From Bacteroidales bacterium (GTDB lineage: Bacteria; Bacteroidota; Bacteroidia; Bacteroidales; UBA12481): a stretch of 64,000 nt of DNA. Location of the stretch: contig JBBAAF010000003.1 in assembly GCA_041658425.1 (NCBI GenBank), positions 14,267 to 78,266 of the forward strand. Direction: 5' to 3'. Of this stretch, positions 39,408 through 48,438 are shown piece after piece. The translations under genes and the position numbers were made by a program. The notes under the pieces were generated by a model, which was not told the DNA's origin, did not search any database, and saw only the letters and a program-made list of their open reading frames with translations. Position 1 is the first letter of the stretch. Every line of letters begins with the position of its first letter.

Positions 39408-40718
39408 TTAAATGGTTTTATCCAAGGCAAAATAGGGTTTATTGGTTTGCCATTTACCCTTTGTAAAATCAGGGAAGGGGATTGGTGCATTTTTTGCAAT
39501 TGAAATACCGGAAAGTTCGACAATCGCCGTCATCACTGCTGAATCATATACGTCAATTGGTGTCGGCCCCTTCGCTTTTACTGCATTTAATAATTGGCAC
39601 AACATAACATAGTCGGTTCCACCGTGTCCTTCGGCTGAAAAATCGCTATGCCACCATTTATGATTAAACTTCTCCTCGTAAGGTTTCCAAGGCTCCCATA
39701 TGTGGTATTCAGGACTTCTCCCCTCTAAATAAATTGAACTCTTTTCTTCATCATATACTCCCAATGTTCCTTCAAGCATCCAGCGGTTGGAATAAGGCCG
39801 GGGCAATTGCATATCATAATTGATGACCAGTGTTTTCCCCATTTTTGTCTTAAGAAGGGAAGTCACAATGTCTCCCTGGCGATAATTCAAATTTACATTT
39901 GGGTGATCGTTGCCAAACTTTCTCTTAAAGTAGGCATTAATGCCTTTCGACGCTGAGGCTGTAGAATAGATCTCCGTAAAGATATCTCCGCGGTTTATAT
40001 CCATCCAACTGATAATTGGCCCCACGCTATGGGTAGGATATTGATCCCTATTGTATTTAAGCAGGTACTCGGCAGGCCATTTTTGTGCACCTGTTTTATT
40101 GTCGAAGAACCAGTGATCAATGCAATCGTGCGAATGAGCGCAATGGCAATGAACAATTTCACCAAACATCCCAAGACGTTTCATATTTAGTGCGGCCAGA
40201 TTGTCCTGGCGAAAGCTCCAGTTCTCAAGCATCATACAAGGGATCCCGGTTTTCTCTGACATTTCTACTAATTGCCATGTGTCATCAACCGTTAAGGCAG
40301 CAGGCACCTCAATACCCGGATACACGCCATTTTTCATAGCATAAAGTGCAATGGCAGTATGTGAATCCCAATAAGTTGCAATAATGACGCAATCCAATTT
40401 TTCTTTGTCCAACAATTCCTTCCAGGTGTTTTCATCCTTGCAATATATCCTGGGGCGGTTTTTCCCGGCCTTCTGGCAAAGATCAGCAGCATTCTCTGCC
40501 TTGGATTGTATCAGGTCGCATACTGCAACAATCTCAGTACCCTCAATACCTAACAAGGTATTTATATGGCCTGTTCCACGCCCTCCTGTACCAATTATTC
40601 CAATTTTCACCGTTTTTTGAATCTCGTTCTTTGCTCTAAGAGAAATTGGTAAAACACTCATCCCCAGAGTGGCAATGGTTCCTTTCTCAAGGAAACCTCT
40701 TCTTGATATGTTTTTCAT
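39408..40718 (-). CDS. Alpha-N-acetylgalactosaminidase, GH109 (NAD-dependent, Gfo/Idh/MocA fold), TAT-exported
   Basis: TAT motif ISRRGFLEKG and Rossmann motif KIGIIGTGGRG. Collinear similarity to my recollection of Elizabethkingia NagA: MLENWSFRQDNLAALNMKRLGMFGEIVH, YPTHSVGPIISWMDINRGD, GHGGTDY and PFPDFTKGKWQ. Confidence 0.88.
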   Translation of the reverse strand: MKNISRRGFLEKGTIATLGMSVLPISLRAKNEIQKTVKIGIIGTGGRGTGHINTLLGIEGTEIVAVCDLIQSKAENAADLCQKAGKNRPRIYCKDENTWKELLDKEKLDCVIIATYWDSHTAIALYAMKNGVYPGIEVPAALTVDDTWQLVEMSEKTGIPCMMLENWSFRQDNLAALNMKRLGMFGEIVHCHCAHSHDCIDHWFFDNKTGAQKWPAEYLLKYNRDQYPTHSVGPIISWMDINRGDIFTEIYSTASASKGINAYFKRKFGNDHPNVNLNYRQGDIVTSLLKTKMGKTLVINYDMQLPRPYSNRWMLEGTLGVYDEEKSSIYLEGRSPEYHIWEPWKPYEEKFNHKWWHSDFSAEGHGGTDYVMLCQLLNAVKAKGPTPIDVYDSAVMTAIVELSGISIAKNAPIPFPDFTKGKWQTNKPYFALDKTI

Positions 40719-40784
40719 ATTAGATAATTTTGAATTATTTGCTTTAAAATAGCTTCAAGCTTTTATGTAATTGGAAAAATCAAG

Positions 40785-43760
40785 TTAATATATCGCTTTC
40801 AAAGTTACAAACCCATTGGCAGGGACAGTTACTTCGTTGTTGACTTTCCTGCCTGACACCTCTTCAACATCACAGATATTCAATGACCTGGGATTCTCGG
40901 CCGGCCATAACAATTTGATCTTTTCGTCCTTATCCGATACCGAGCGTAAGCGCATGATTACCGTTTTGCCTTCCTCTGTGGATTTTAAAACCGACACGGT
41001 TATTGCCGGTGAACCTTCCAAACCGACCATCGGTTTAGAAATTGCATTGGAGTTGGCCGCGACATGCACCAAAGGTTGTGCCTGTTCCAGACCAAAACGA
41101 TTGGCAGTGGCAGCATTATACGGACCGTGCGGCAGGATACGGTAACGGAAGGTGACGGGTCCGTCCTGCGTCAGCGGAAAGTTGGTGAACCAGTGATTGT
41201 TCATCACCCACGAGTATATGGCGGAGCTGGGTTCGAGCTTTTTGAGCCAGGGTTTCCGTTCCCCGCTCCAGCTGCCGGTCTGGTTTGCCGTCATGCCTCC
41301 GTATTCAAACAGCGCGGCATCGAGCGAGCACCAGGTGATGCCAACCTTGTCGTTGGAGATGTCGAGCCAGCGCTGCATAGTGAGCCAGTTGCGGTTTCCG
41401 GCGGCCCATTGATCGTCCTCCACGCGCATCACGCCCCACGGGATGTCCACGCGGGTCGTGGCTTGCGGAATGTCGAACCCGAATCCGAAGTGGATTCCGT
41501 CTTTGGCTGGTAGCGGCAGTTTGTCCACGACGTTGGCAATGTCAACCCAGAGCTGGCCATAAACCAGGCGCACTGAGCGGGTGACGGTTCGACAGCCGGT
41601 CGCTTTGGAGGCGACGCGCAATTCCACGACCAGCGGCCCGGATTCGACGGTAGATATGGAGATAACGGTATCAGGCCGGGCGTTATCGCTGTCGCCGGGC
41701 ATCCAGCGGAATGCGTTTAGTCCGCCGTTGACCTTTGCATCCACGAAATTGCGTCCGGTAGTAAGATTGACGAGGTGAGTGATGTTGCCTGTAGCCGGGT
41801 CAATCGTCACACGCACCTGTTGGTTGCCCAGCGTCGTGCCATCCAGTCTGCAACCATTGGTCAGCGGGCATTTGCCAGCGACAACGCGGTAATGGCGTGA
41901 GCCGAATGCCGGTACATCGGAAGCCAGAAACGCCAGTTCTCCCGTCGAGAGCCTCTGCGCCGGTACATCATCGCCCCGGTCGTCGGTAACACGATCGCCG
42001 CGCAAGCTTTCAGCTTTCGATAGCGTTACCAGTCCGCCGTGGGACCAGGATTGGGTGTTGAAAACTGACACGCCACCATTGGCGGGACCGTCTGCCGGCC
42101 CGAGCGCTCCGGAGGATTTGTCGGTCGCGGGCGCCAAGGCGTTATCGAACAGGGTCTGCGTGCGGTCGTCGGCTTCGCGGAAGTAGCTCTGCTTGACCTT
42201 CCAAATCGCATCCTGGAAGAACGGTTCGGTGGGATTCTCAGCGCACCAGGTGTGTTCTGTGCCGAGAGCGATGTATCGCCAGGCTTCGTTAAACTCCGCT
42301 TGCGGCGCAGGTTGTCCCGGATGCAGCATGGTCCACAATGTTTCGGCCTGCACAAGCCGCTCTTTGGCATTGCGGTTGATGGCGGTCAGGCGAGCCGCAG
42401 TGCCCAAACCGTCAGTCCAGTATTCGGTGAAATCGCCTTTGACGGTTGGGAGCTTGTCGCCATATTTCGTCTCGATCATCTGCATGATCTCTTGAGCACC
42501 GGCGATTACCAGATGCGGATAAGCATATTCATCATTCCAGGCTTTGACCGCGCCAGGCAAATCCGCATCCAGCGGCGTGTTATCCCACAGCGACCAAGAA
42601 ACGACATAGAAATCGTATGGATTTTGCGGGTGCTCACGCGCCGACAAAGCACCCAGGAAATTCACATCCGCGCTACCAGTTTTGATGACGGATGGAACCT
42701 TGTCGGGGTCGCGCTGGCCGAACCATGGGCGGCCGATGGCCCCCCCCTTACTCATGCTGCCGCTGTTGGCATAACCGCCGGGTTGGAAGAAAAGGATTTT
42801 GGATTTGCCGTCCGGACCCACCCACCAAAAAGGTTTTTCATCAAGACTGCGGCCATTGCCGGCACGGCAGGAGTTTGGCCACGACATGATATAACGCACG
42901 CCCTGCTGCGCCATAACCGGCACCAGACCCCATGACATGCCGGGAATATCCATCTGCTGAAAGGTGTTCATCGGCACTCCGGTCAGTTTCTGCATCTCGC
43001 GGCTGAAACGAAACACCTGAAACAGTTCTTCGTCGGAGCAACTGCTGGTGTTGAGATTCAAATAACCGGCATCAATGCATAGATAGCCACTCTGAATGGC
43101 CTTAACAACACACTCTTTTTGCTCTGGTGTCGCCGTATGCCAGTAGCGTTCCAGCGGCCAGGTGACTTCGGGATTCCATCGGTAACGAGCGCCAGCCGGG
43201 TAATCCTTCGTCGCTTCGGCGAGTTTGATGCCCTCGTCAATATTGCGTTTGTGGAGGATTTCGACATTCGCCTGAGTGTTGGTGTAGCCGATATCCACAT
43301 GAGAATGTGGATAGACGTAGACCGTCCAATGGCGCAGAGCCGTTACCGTGATGGTCTGCTTCAATTCCTTGGTGCCTTGACGCAGCGTCAGGCTGACTTT
43401 CGATTCCTGTTTCACCCCGACATTGGCCGGCAACAGTATGCGGCAGACAGAACGACCGTTCACCATAGGCGACACCTCGGTGATTTCCGTCAGTCCATCC
43501 ACCGTTACGTACACCTGCGCCTTGCTGAGAAGCTTTTCGCCTTTGAGATTGAGAGTGATTTCGCGACCCGGCTTGCCGTCAGCACGGCGGCGATATACCG
43601 GTTGCGGCACACACTCGATATCGCTGGGGAACGGCAAATACGCTTCCGCCACTTCGCGGCGGACAACATTTTGATTTACAGATTTAGGATTGGATTGCTT
43701 ATTTTGCCCAAATGCTGCTACCATAAACAGCAGTAAGAAAATTAGGTTGATTTCTTTCAT
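40785..43760 (-). CDS. Alpha-mannosidase, GH38
   Basis: Signal peptide present. The GH38 N-terminal metal-site motif VYVYPHSHVDIGYT is present; 991 aa. The gene is strongly GC-rich compared with flanking genes, and its many antisense ORFs are spurious. Confidence 0.82.
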   Translation of the reverse strand: MKEINLIFLLLFMVAAFGQNKQSNPKSVNQNVVRREVAEAYLPFPSDIECVPQPVYRRRADGKPGREITLNLKGEKLLSKAQVYVTVDGLTEITEVSPMVNGRSVCRILLPANVGVKQESKVSLTLRQGTKELKQTITVTALRHWTVYVYPHSHVDIGYTNTQANVEILHKRNIDEGIKLAEATKDYPAGARYRWNPEVTWPLERYWHTATPEQKECVVKAIQSGYLCIDAGYLNLNTSSCSDEELFQVFRFSREMQKLTGVPMNTFQQMDIPGMSWGLVPVMAQQGVRYIMSWPNSCRAGNGRSLDEKPFWWVGPDGKSKILFFQPGGYANSGSMSKGGAIGRPWFGQRDPDKVPSVIKTGSADVNFLGALSAREHPQNPYDFYVVSWSLWDNTPLDADLPGAVKAWNDEYAYPHLVIAGAQEIMQMIETKYGDKLPTVKGDFTEYWTDGLGTAARLTAINRNAKERLVQAETLWTMLHPGQPAPQAEFNEAWRYIALGTEHTWCAENPTEPFFQDAIWKVKQSYFREADDRTQTLFDNALAPATDKSSGALGPADGPANGGVSVFNTQSWSHGGLVTLSKAESLRGDRVTDDRGDDVPAQRLSTGELAFLASDVPAFGSRHYRVVAGKCPLTNGCRLDGTTLGNQQVRVTIDPATGNITHLVNLTTGRNFVDAKVNGGLNAFRWMPGDSDNARPDTVISISTVESGPLVVELRVASKATGCRTVTRSVRLVYGQLWVDIANVVDKLPLPAKDGIHFGFGFDIPQATTRVDIPWGVMRVEDDQWAAGNRNWLTMQRWLDISNDKVGITWCSLDAALFEYGGMTANQTGSWSGERKPWLKKLEPSSAIYSWVMNNHWFTNFPLTQDGPVTFRYRILPHGPYNAATANRFGLEQAQPLVHVAANSNAISKPMVGLEGSPAITVSVLKSTEEGKTVIMRLRSVSDKDEKIKLLWPAENPRSLNICDVEEVSGRKVNNEVTVPANGFVTLKAIY

Positions 43761-43785
43761 AATTTTTGATTTGAGATTAAGGAAT

Positions 43786-43853
43786 GCCGCTTACATTGAC
43801 CACCCTCCGCCGATTGAAGTTGACCACCTCTCGCCGAAGTAGTTGACCACCTC
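43786..43853. repeat. Three imperfect tandem ~23-bp repeats, consensus CGCCG-N5/6-(G)TTGACCACC(C)TC
   Basis: Read directly: GCCGCTTACATTGACCACCCTC / CGCCGATTGAAGTTGACCACCTC / (T)CGCCGAAGTAGTTGACCACCTC. They lie 26-93 nt upstream of the GH38 start codon. Confidence 0.85.
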
Positions 43854-43919
43854 GTTTTGTTATCCTTTAAAAAGCTCATTTACGCAACTGTTTAGCAAAT
43901 CTTAAAGCTAACCATTTAG

Positions 43920-44230
43920 TTAGTCTGGTTCAATAAGTTCACGTCGTTTGCCAAAAAACATTTTCTGCAATGATTCTCCTTGTAATTCAATACCGCGATT
44001 TACAACCGAAATCCTCTGTAGCAAGCTTGTACACCTGACCCGTAATATTGAACCATTAACTGCTCATAATCTTTCAAATGTTTAGAAAGTGGCTCTAATG
44101 TAGCATCTTCAAGACCTCCTCCATAAGCGGTTAGTGGAATAAATTCCCAGTTCATTGAAGGAGTTTTCTCCCATAACGCATCGAAGATATTTTGTCGATT
44201 AAGTATCTTTTGTTGTTCTCTTGACAACAT
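43920..44230 (-). pseudogene. Fragment (about 110 codons, frameshifted) of a fourth copy of the uncharacterised 930-aa family
   Basis: The 76-aa ORF LSREQQKILNRQNIFDALWEKTPSMNWEFIPLTAYGGG...SGVQACYRGFRL aligns with LPRAQQEIIERQNIYDGTWTKTPSMGWMFVPLTEYQGGG...AGVQACYRGPRL of copy B. After the stop, a shifted frame continues ...ESLQKMFFGKRRELIEPD (compare AVVKKWVSFYKKHRQILDSD). A stop lies directly upstream of the fragment. Confidence 0.8.
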
Positions 44231-44262
44231 GAAATTTTAAATGGCTCTCTTCTAACAGCATG

Positions 44263-44919
44263 TCATTGGGCTAAGCGGAACGAGTCGGCCGTCCACTCAA
44301 TGGGCGAGAACTTGAGCCTAAACTGCCCGTCGCGGCCCACCATGCCTGTCAGGTACCACTGGCCGGAAAACTCCATAACCTCGTGGGCAAAGCCAGCGCC
44401 ATCATAATCGGCCTGACAGTTGGTTCCGTCGCCCCAGGTGCCGCTGGCAGGTACGCCAGCGGCGGGTCCGTGTCAGCCCGACTTGAACGAATACGGTTGG
44501 ATAGGTGGAAACTGGAGTGGACTGTCCGACACTGAATGCCCGCCGTTGAGGAAGATCATCCACTTCCCGGATTGCGGATGCTTCATCACAAACGGGCTTT
44601 CCGCTGGGTTGCCCGAACTTGTGGCGCCGTTCATGTCAGCCGCCCTGAGCGCGATGCCACCCATCGTCTTGTCAAAGTAGCCCTCGCGTCCGCTGGCCGC
44701 AACGGCCGTGCCCAGTGGTGCGAAGAGGTGAAACTTCTGATTCTTCAGCACAAAACAATGGTCTTTCATGTACCGTCCCCGTGGTGCATATCGGACCGCG
44801 GCAATGTCTCTTTTCCTATCACGTGTATTTCCGGCGTTCTTTGCAATGTTCTGATTTTTAAAGCTTGCCAGGTAACCGGCAAATATTATAACCAGAATAA
44901 GGTATTTAGCTGCTCTCAT
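44263..44919 (-). pseudogene. Short GC-rich beta-propeller-glycosidase-like (GH43/GH32-clan feel) gene, frameshifted
   Basis: The 148-aa ORF (signal anchor, KDHCFVLKNQKFHLFAP, PFVMKHPQSGKWMIF) ends at TGA. A protein-like frame offset by one base continues ...GTWGDGTNCQADYDGAGFAHEVMEFSGQWYLTGMVGRDGQFRLKFSPIEWTADSFRLAQ*. The family assignment is weak. Confidence 0.45.
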
Positions 44920-44958
44920 GATTTTGATTACTTATTATGTTGATCTTGTAAAACAGTG

Positions 44959-47109
44959 TCATTCAATAACTACGATGGAATATATGTCCAATTTCGGAAC
45001 GGTAATGGAAATTGCACCGTTATCCAATGTATTCCAGGTTAAAACCTGATTTTCAGGCATCAATTTAACCGAAGAAGGCGGCGTATTCACTTTAACCTTC
45101 ACCCCAATATTGAAAATGGGAATGATATTTTCCGTATATGCAATGGTGTTATTAAAAGACCTTTCCCCATTATGATTTATCAAATGGACAAGAGTTCTAT
45201 TTTCCTGCTTTTTTAATACAACTTCAACATTATCGGGAGCATCAATACTGATCAGTGTCTCCGGCAGTGCCATATCAACCAGATTCCTGAACATATTTTT
45301 GAGATTCCAATTATTTCGCTCCGTATAGGCGCCAAAAATATCCCCGGATATGTAGACAGCTTTTCCTTTCCCATACCGGTTAACTGTTATGGAGGGATAT
45401 CCGGTATTTTTTCCTACAGGGGATGAACCGCTCTGATAATATTCTCCATCCCTTCGGATATAGACATCCCATAAATCAGCCAGTTTCCCGGCAGTTGTGG
45501 GCTGAACATACGTGAATTCCCCCCATACCTGATGGGGCATATCCAGAACCTTGTCTTTCAGCCGTTTATCATTTAGAACAATATACCCATTCGTATAAGG
45601 ATAGTTACCGGTTAATTTCACTCCTAAAACATCTTCCAAAATAAATTTCCCAGTCGGTTTATAAGCTTCATCCTGGGATCCTGTGAGAACGCTTGCGATT
45701 ACTCCCCCGCCATTGCGAACAAATTTTTCCAGCGCATCGGCAAGTTCCTCACTGATATACCTTTGATCGGGAAGAATAACTACTTTGTAATCGCTAAGAT
45801 TTTCAAGCAACGTTTTCTCATTAAGGATATTATAGTGAAATCCACCCTGCATAAGCATTTTATGAACGCTGTAAAGTGTTTTTTCGTCAAGACGCTGTGT
45901 GGGCTCTTTTGTATAGAGTTGATGAGTGGAATGCAGCACCGCTATATAAGGTACCGGTTCTGAATTACGGCAGAATTCTTCCCGTTCTTTCACAAACTTC
46001 ATCGTTTTACCCAGTTCCTCCATAACAGCAGGTTCTACCCCAAATTGTGCAGGCATCATATAACCAAGCCATGTCTTTCCGCCATTAGCAATGATTGTCG
46101 CACATTCCTGTTGCATTGCCGCTGCCGGTTTGCACCCCCAATCTCCCCACCAGCGAAGAAACGCCGAGTTCATTATGTCAAAAGATCTTCCGAGTGTTGC
46201 CCAGTATTTGCCCAGATAGCTCCCTGAAAACAACTGGTCATCAGGAAAGATATCGCAGGTTAAAAATCCAACATCATCAGGCACTATTTCAGGCTGGCGG
46301 GGTGTGTACGACCAGTTGAAGGAAACCAGTACTTCCGGCTTTTCATCATGAACCGCATCCATTATCTTTTGGCGGAGTTCGCTCGATTCTTTATTCAGCC
46401 ATTTTACATGATCAAGCCATTGCGGGCTATCTTTGGATAAAGGAATATCAAACCCTGTATCGTTCTGAAATCCTTTGCGACAGTCATTACAATAGCACAT
46501 TCCGATATTCGTACCATCAAAAAAGATTCCGTCAATATCATAATTACGCACAATTTCCCTGATTTGGGGCAGTATGTGTTCTTCCAAAAGAGGGGTTTTC
46601 ATACAAAGTCCTCTGGGTTCATTTTTTGAGTTCTTCCCCATCCATTCAGGATGAAGCTCCTCGAGTTTTTTGCTACCGAATGTATGATAATAGGCAATAG
46701 CCTTTATCCCTCTTTTATGGCAGGCATTAACCACATTACCAAGCATATCCAGACCGGGCGGCATTTCAGGATGAACCCAACCCACGTCTCCTTTCAGATA
46801 ATACCGCCATCCCTGAGCACACTTTGCAAATACCGATACGCCTTCAACATCCGCTGCCTGCAGTTGTTCTGCCCATTTCTCAGCGTCGAAATTTTCTGCA
46901 AGGCCCCAATTATCCATGTGATTATGATAATCGAAAAACAGTTTTCTGAAAATCTGGTTGTGCCAGTTATCATACTTTTCCTTAACAGTCTGAGCTTTCA
47001 CAGACGATTGACTTCCCAGTGATGAAGTGAATAAAATGATTAGTATAAGGAATGGGATCTTATTGAGATTTATCGTTTTTTTCATTATATGTATTGATAA
47101 GAAAAACAT
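44959..47109 (-). CDS. Secreted glycosidase-like protein with GH42-like architecture (TIM barrel plus GATase1-like middle domain)
   Basis: The likely start is MKKTINLNKIPFLILIILF at about 47085. The middle segment VVILPDQRYISEELADALEKFVRNGGGVIAS resembles the GH42 trimerisation (class-I glutamine-amidotransferase-like) domain. The family is unverified. Confidence 0.7.
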   Translation of the reverse strand: MFFLSIHIMKKTINLNKIPFLILIILFTSSLGSQSSVKAQTVKEKYDNWHNQIFRKLFFDYHNHMDNWGLAENFDAEKWAEQLQAADVEGVSVFAKCAQGWRYYLKGDVGWVHPEMPPGLDMLGNVVNACHKRGIKAIAYYHTFGSKKLEELHPEWMGKNSKNEPRGLCMKTPLLEEHILPQIREIVRNYDIDGIFFDGTNIGMCYCNDCRKGFQNDTGFDIPLSKDSPQWLDHVKWLNKESSELRQKIMDAVHDEKPEVLVSFNWSYTPRQPEIVPDDVGFLTCDIFPDDQLFSGSYLGKYWATLGRSFDIMNSAFLRWWGDWGCKPAAAMQQECATIIANGGKTWLGYMMPAQFGVEPAVMEELGKTMKFVKEREEFCRNSEPVPYIAVLHSTHQLYTKEPTQRLDEKTLYSVHKMLMQGGFHYNILNEKTLLENLSDYKVVILPDQRYISEELADALEKFVRNGGGVIASVLTGSQDEAYKPTGKFILEDVLGVKLTGNYPYTNGYIVLNDKRLKDKVLDMPHQVWGEFTYVQPTTAGKLADLWDVYIRRDGEYYQSGSSPVGKNTGYPSITVNRYGKGKAVYISGDIFGAYTERNNWNLKNMFRNLVDMALPETLISIDAPDNVEVVLKKQENRTLVHLINHNGERSFNNTIAYTENIIPIFNIGVKVKVNTPPSSVKLMPENQVLTWNTLDNGAISITVPKLDIYSIVVIE

Positions 47110-47127
47110 GAATAACCATTACGGATA

Positions 47128-48438
47128 TTAATATTCTTTTACCCGTTTCCCGACTTTGTGGCCCAGAGCGGCATAGTATAAAATAAAAAGGTAACAAGGG
47201 ATAACAATGATATAGGCCTGTTGCGGATTAACAATGTCGGCCAGGCGACCGTAGAGAAGCGGCAACAGTGCCCCGCCCAAATTACCCATAATAAGCAGAG
47301 AGGATCCGATGCGTGTAAACCGGCCTAGTCCCTCTAAAGCTAAAGGCCATACGGATGGCCATATCAATGCATTGGCCATTCCAAGTAACGCAATGAACAC
47401 CACCGATGCTAATTTTGGCAGTCCAATTGCTGCAATAGTCAGGACAATTCCAAGGATCGCACATATTTTAAGTGCTTTCCCCTGAGAAATGTATTTAGGG
47501 ATGGCAACGATCCCGATCGAATAACCCAAAATCGAAGCCAGCATAGTCAGAGAGGTAAAATGTTTTGCAATGGAAATTGGAATTCCCTGACTAAGTCCAT
47601 AGCTTATGATCGTGTCGCCTGCGATAATCTCCAGTCCCACATCACAAAAGATAGCCACCACCCCCAGCAGCAGGAATGGATATTGAAAAATACTGGTTCT
47701 GGATGTGTGTCCTGTTTTATCGTCTCCGGCATTTTGCACATTGGGATCGATCTCCGGCAATCCCGAAACTTTCACCAGTACTCCTATTAATGCCAGAATC
47801 GCTGCCATTGCAAGATAAGGAACGATTATCCTGGAAGCCAGCTCGTCCAATGCTACGGCTTTTTGCATCACATCCATTGAATTAAGCTTGGCAAGCAGGG
47901 CGTCACCATCTTTAAGCGCCATTACTCCAAAAAGATAGGTGGCAATCACGCCGGCCGACTTATTGCATATTCCCATGATGCTTATTCTTTGGGCAGCGCT
48001 TTCAATAGGTCCTAAAATGGTAATGTAGGGATTGGCAGCGGTTTGCAATATCGCCAGTCCTGTTCCCATGATGAAGAGCCCTGAAAGGAAAAAGAAATAA
48101 GTCCTTGTGATGGCAGCAGGAATAAATAAAAGGGCTCCGGCTGCCATTACGAACAAGCCCATCATCATTCCCTGCTTTAATCCGGTCCTTTTCAGAATCC
48201 AGGAGGAGGGAATGGCCATTAACACATAAGCAATATAAAACGAAAATGCAACGAGATAGGATTCGAAATGGTTAAGTTCACAGGAAATTTTCAGATAGGG
48301 TATCAGTATTCCGTTTAACCAGGTAATAAATCCGAATATGAAAAAAAATACCCCAATGGTTCCGATCGTTATCCAGGTTGCCTGTGTGCCTCTTTTATCT
48401 GTTCTTTTCATAATAATACTTAGTAAATGACATACCAA
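47128..48438 (-). CDS. MFS sugar permease, FHS family (fucose / glucose-galactose transporter type, TC 2.A.1.7)
   Basis: FGFITWLNGILIPYLK...YLVAFSFYIAYVLMAIPSSWILKRTGLKQGMMMGL matches the FucP/GluP N-terminal signature, and the protein has about 12 hydrophobic segments. The likely start is MKRTDK at about 48411. Confidence 0.85.
   Translation of the reverse strand: MVCHLLSIIMKRTDKRGTQATWITIGTIGVFFFIFGFITWLNGILIPYLKISCELNHFESYLVAFSFYIAYVLMAIPSSWILKRTGLKQGMMMGLFVMAAGALLFIPAAITRTYFFFLSGLFIMGTGLAILQTAANPYITILGPIESAAQRISIMGICNKSAGVIATYLFGVMALKDGDALLAKLNSMDVMQKAVALDELASRIIVPYLAMAAILALIGVLVKVSGLPEIDPNVQNAGDDKTGHTSRTSIFQYPFLLLGVVAIFCDVGLEIIAGDTIISYGLSQGIPISIAKHFTSLTMLASILGYSIGIVAIPKYISQGKALKICAILGIVLTIAAIGLPKLASVVFIALLGMANALIWPSVWPLALEGLGRFTRIGSSLLIMGNLGGALLPLLYGRLADIVNPQQAYIIVIPCYLFILYYAALGHKVGKRVKEY

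Noticed and set aside
39389-39523. N-terminal 45-codon extension of the URO-D-like ORF overlapping the GH109 gene end
   Set aside because: The extension would overlap the upstream gene by 116 nt and looks non-protein-like (MSNFPVFQLQKMHQSPSLILQRV...). The ATG at 39386-39388 gives a 20-nt intergenic gap instead.
42252-43736. Plus-strand ORFs of 227 aa and 205 aa antisense to the GH38 gene
   Set aside because: Same reasoning as above. The GH38 frame carries the recognisable HSHVDIGY motif and a signal peptide, and the antisense frames look like GC-driven open frames.
43786-43853. CRISPR array
   Set aside because: There are only three contiguous imperfect ~23-bp units without spacers, and no cas genes are present in the window.
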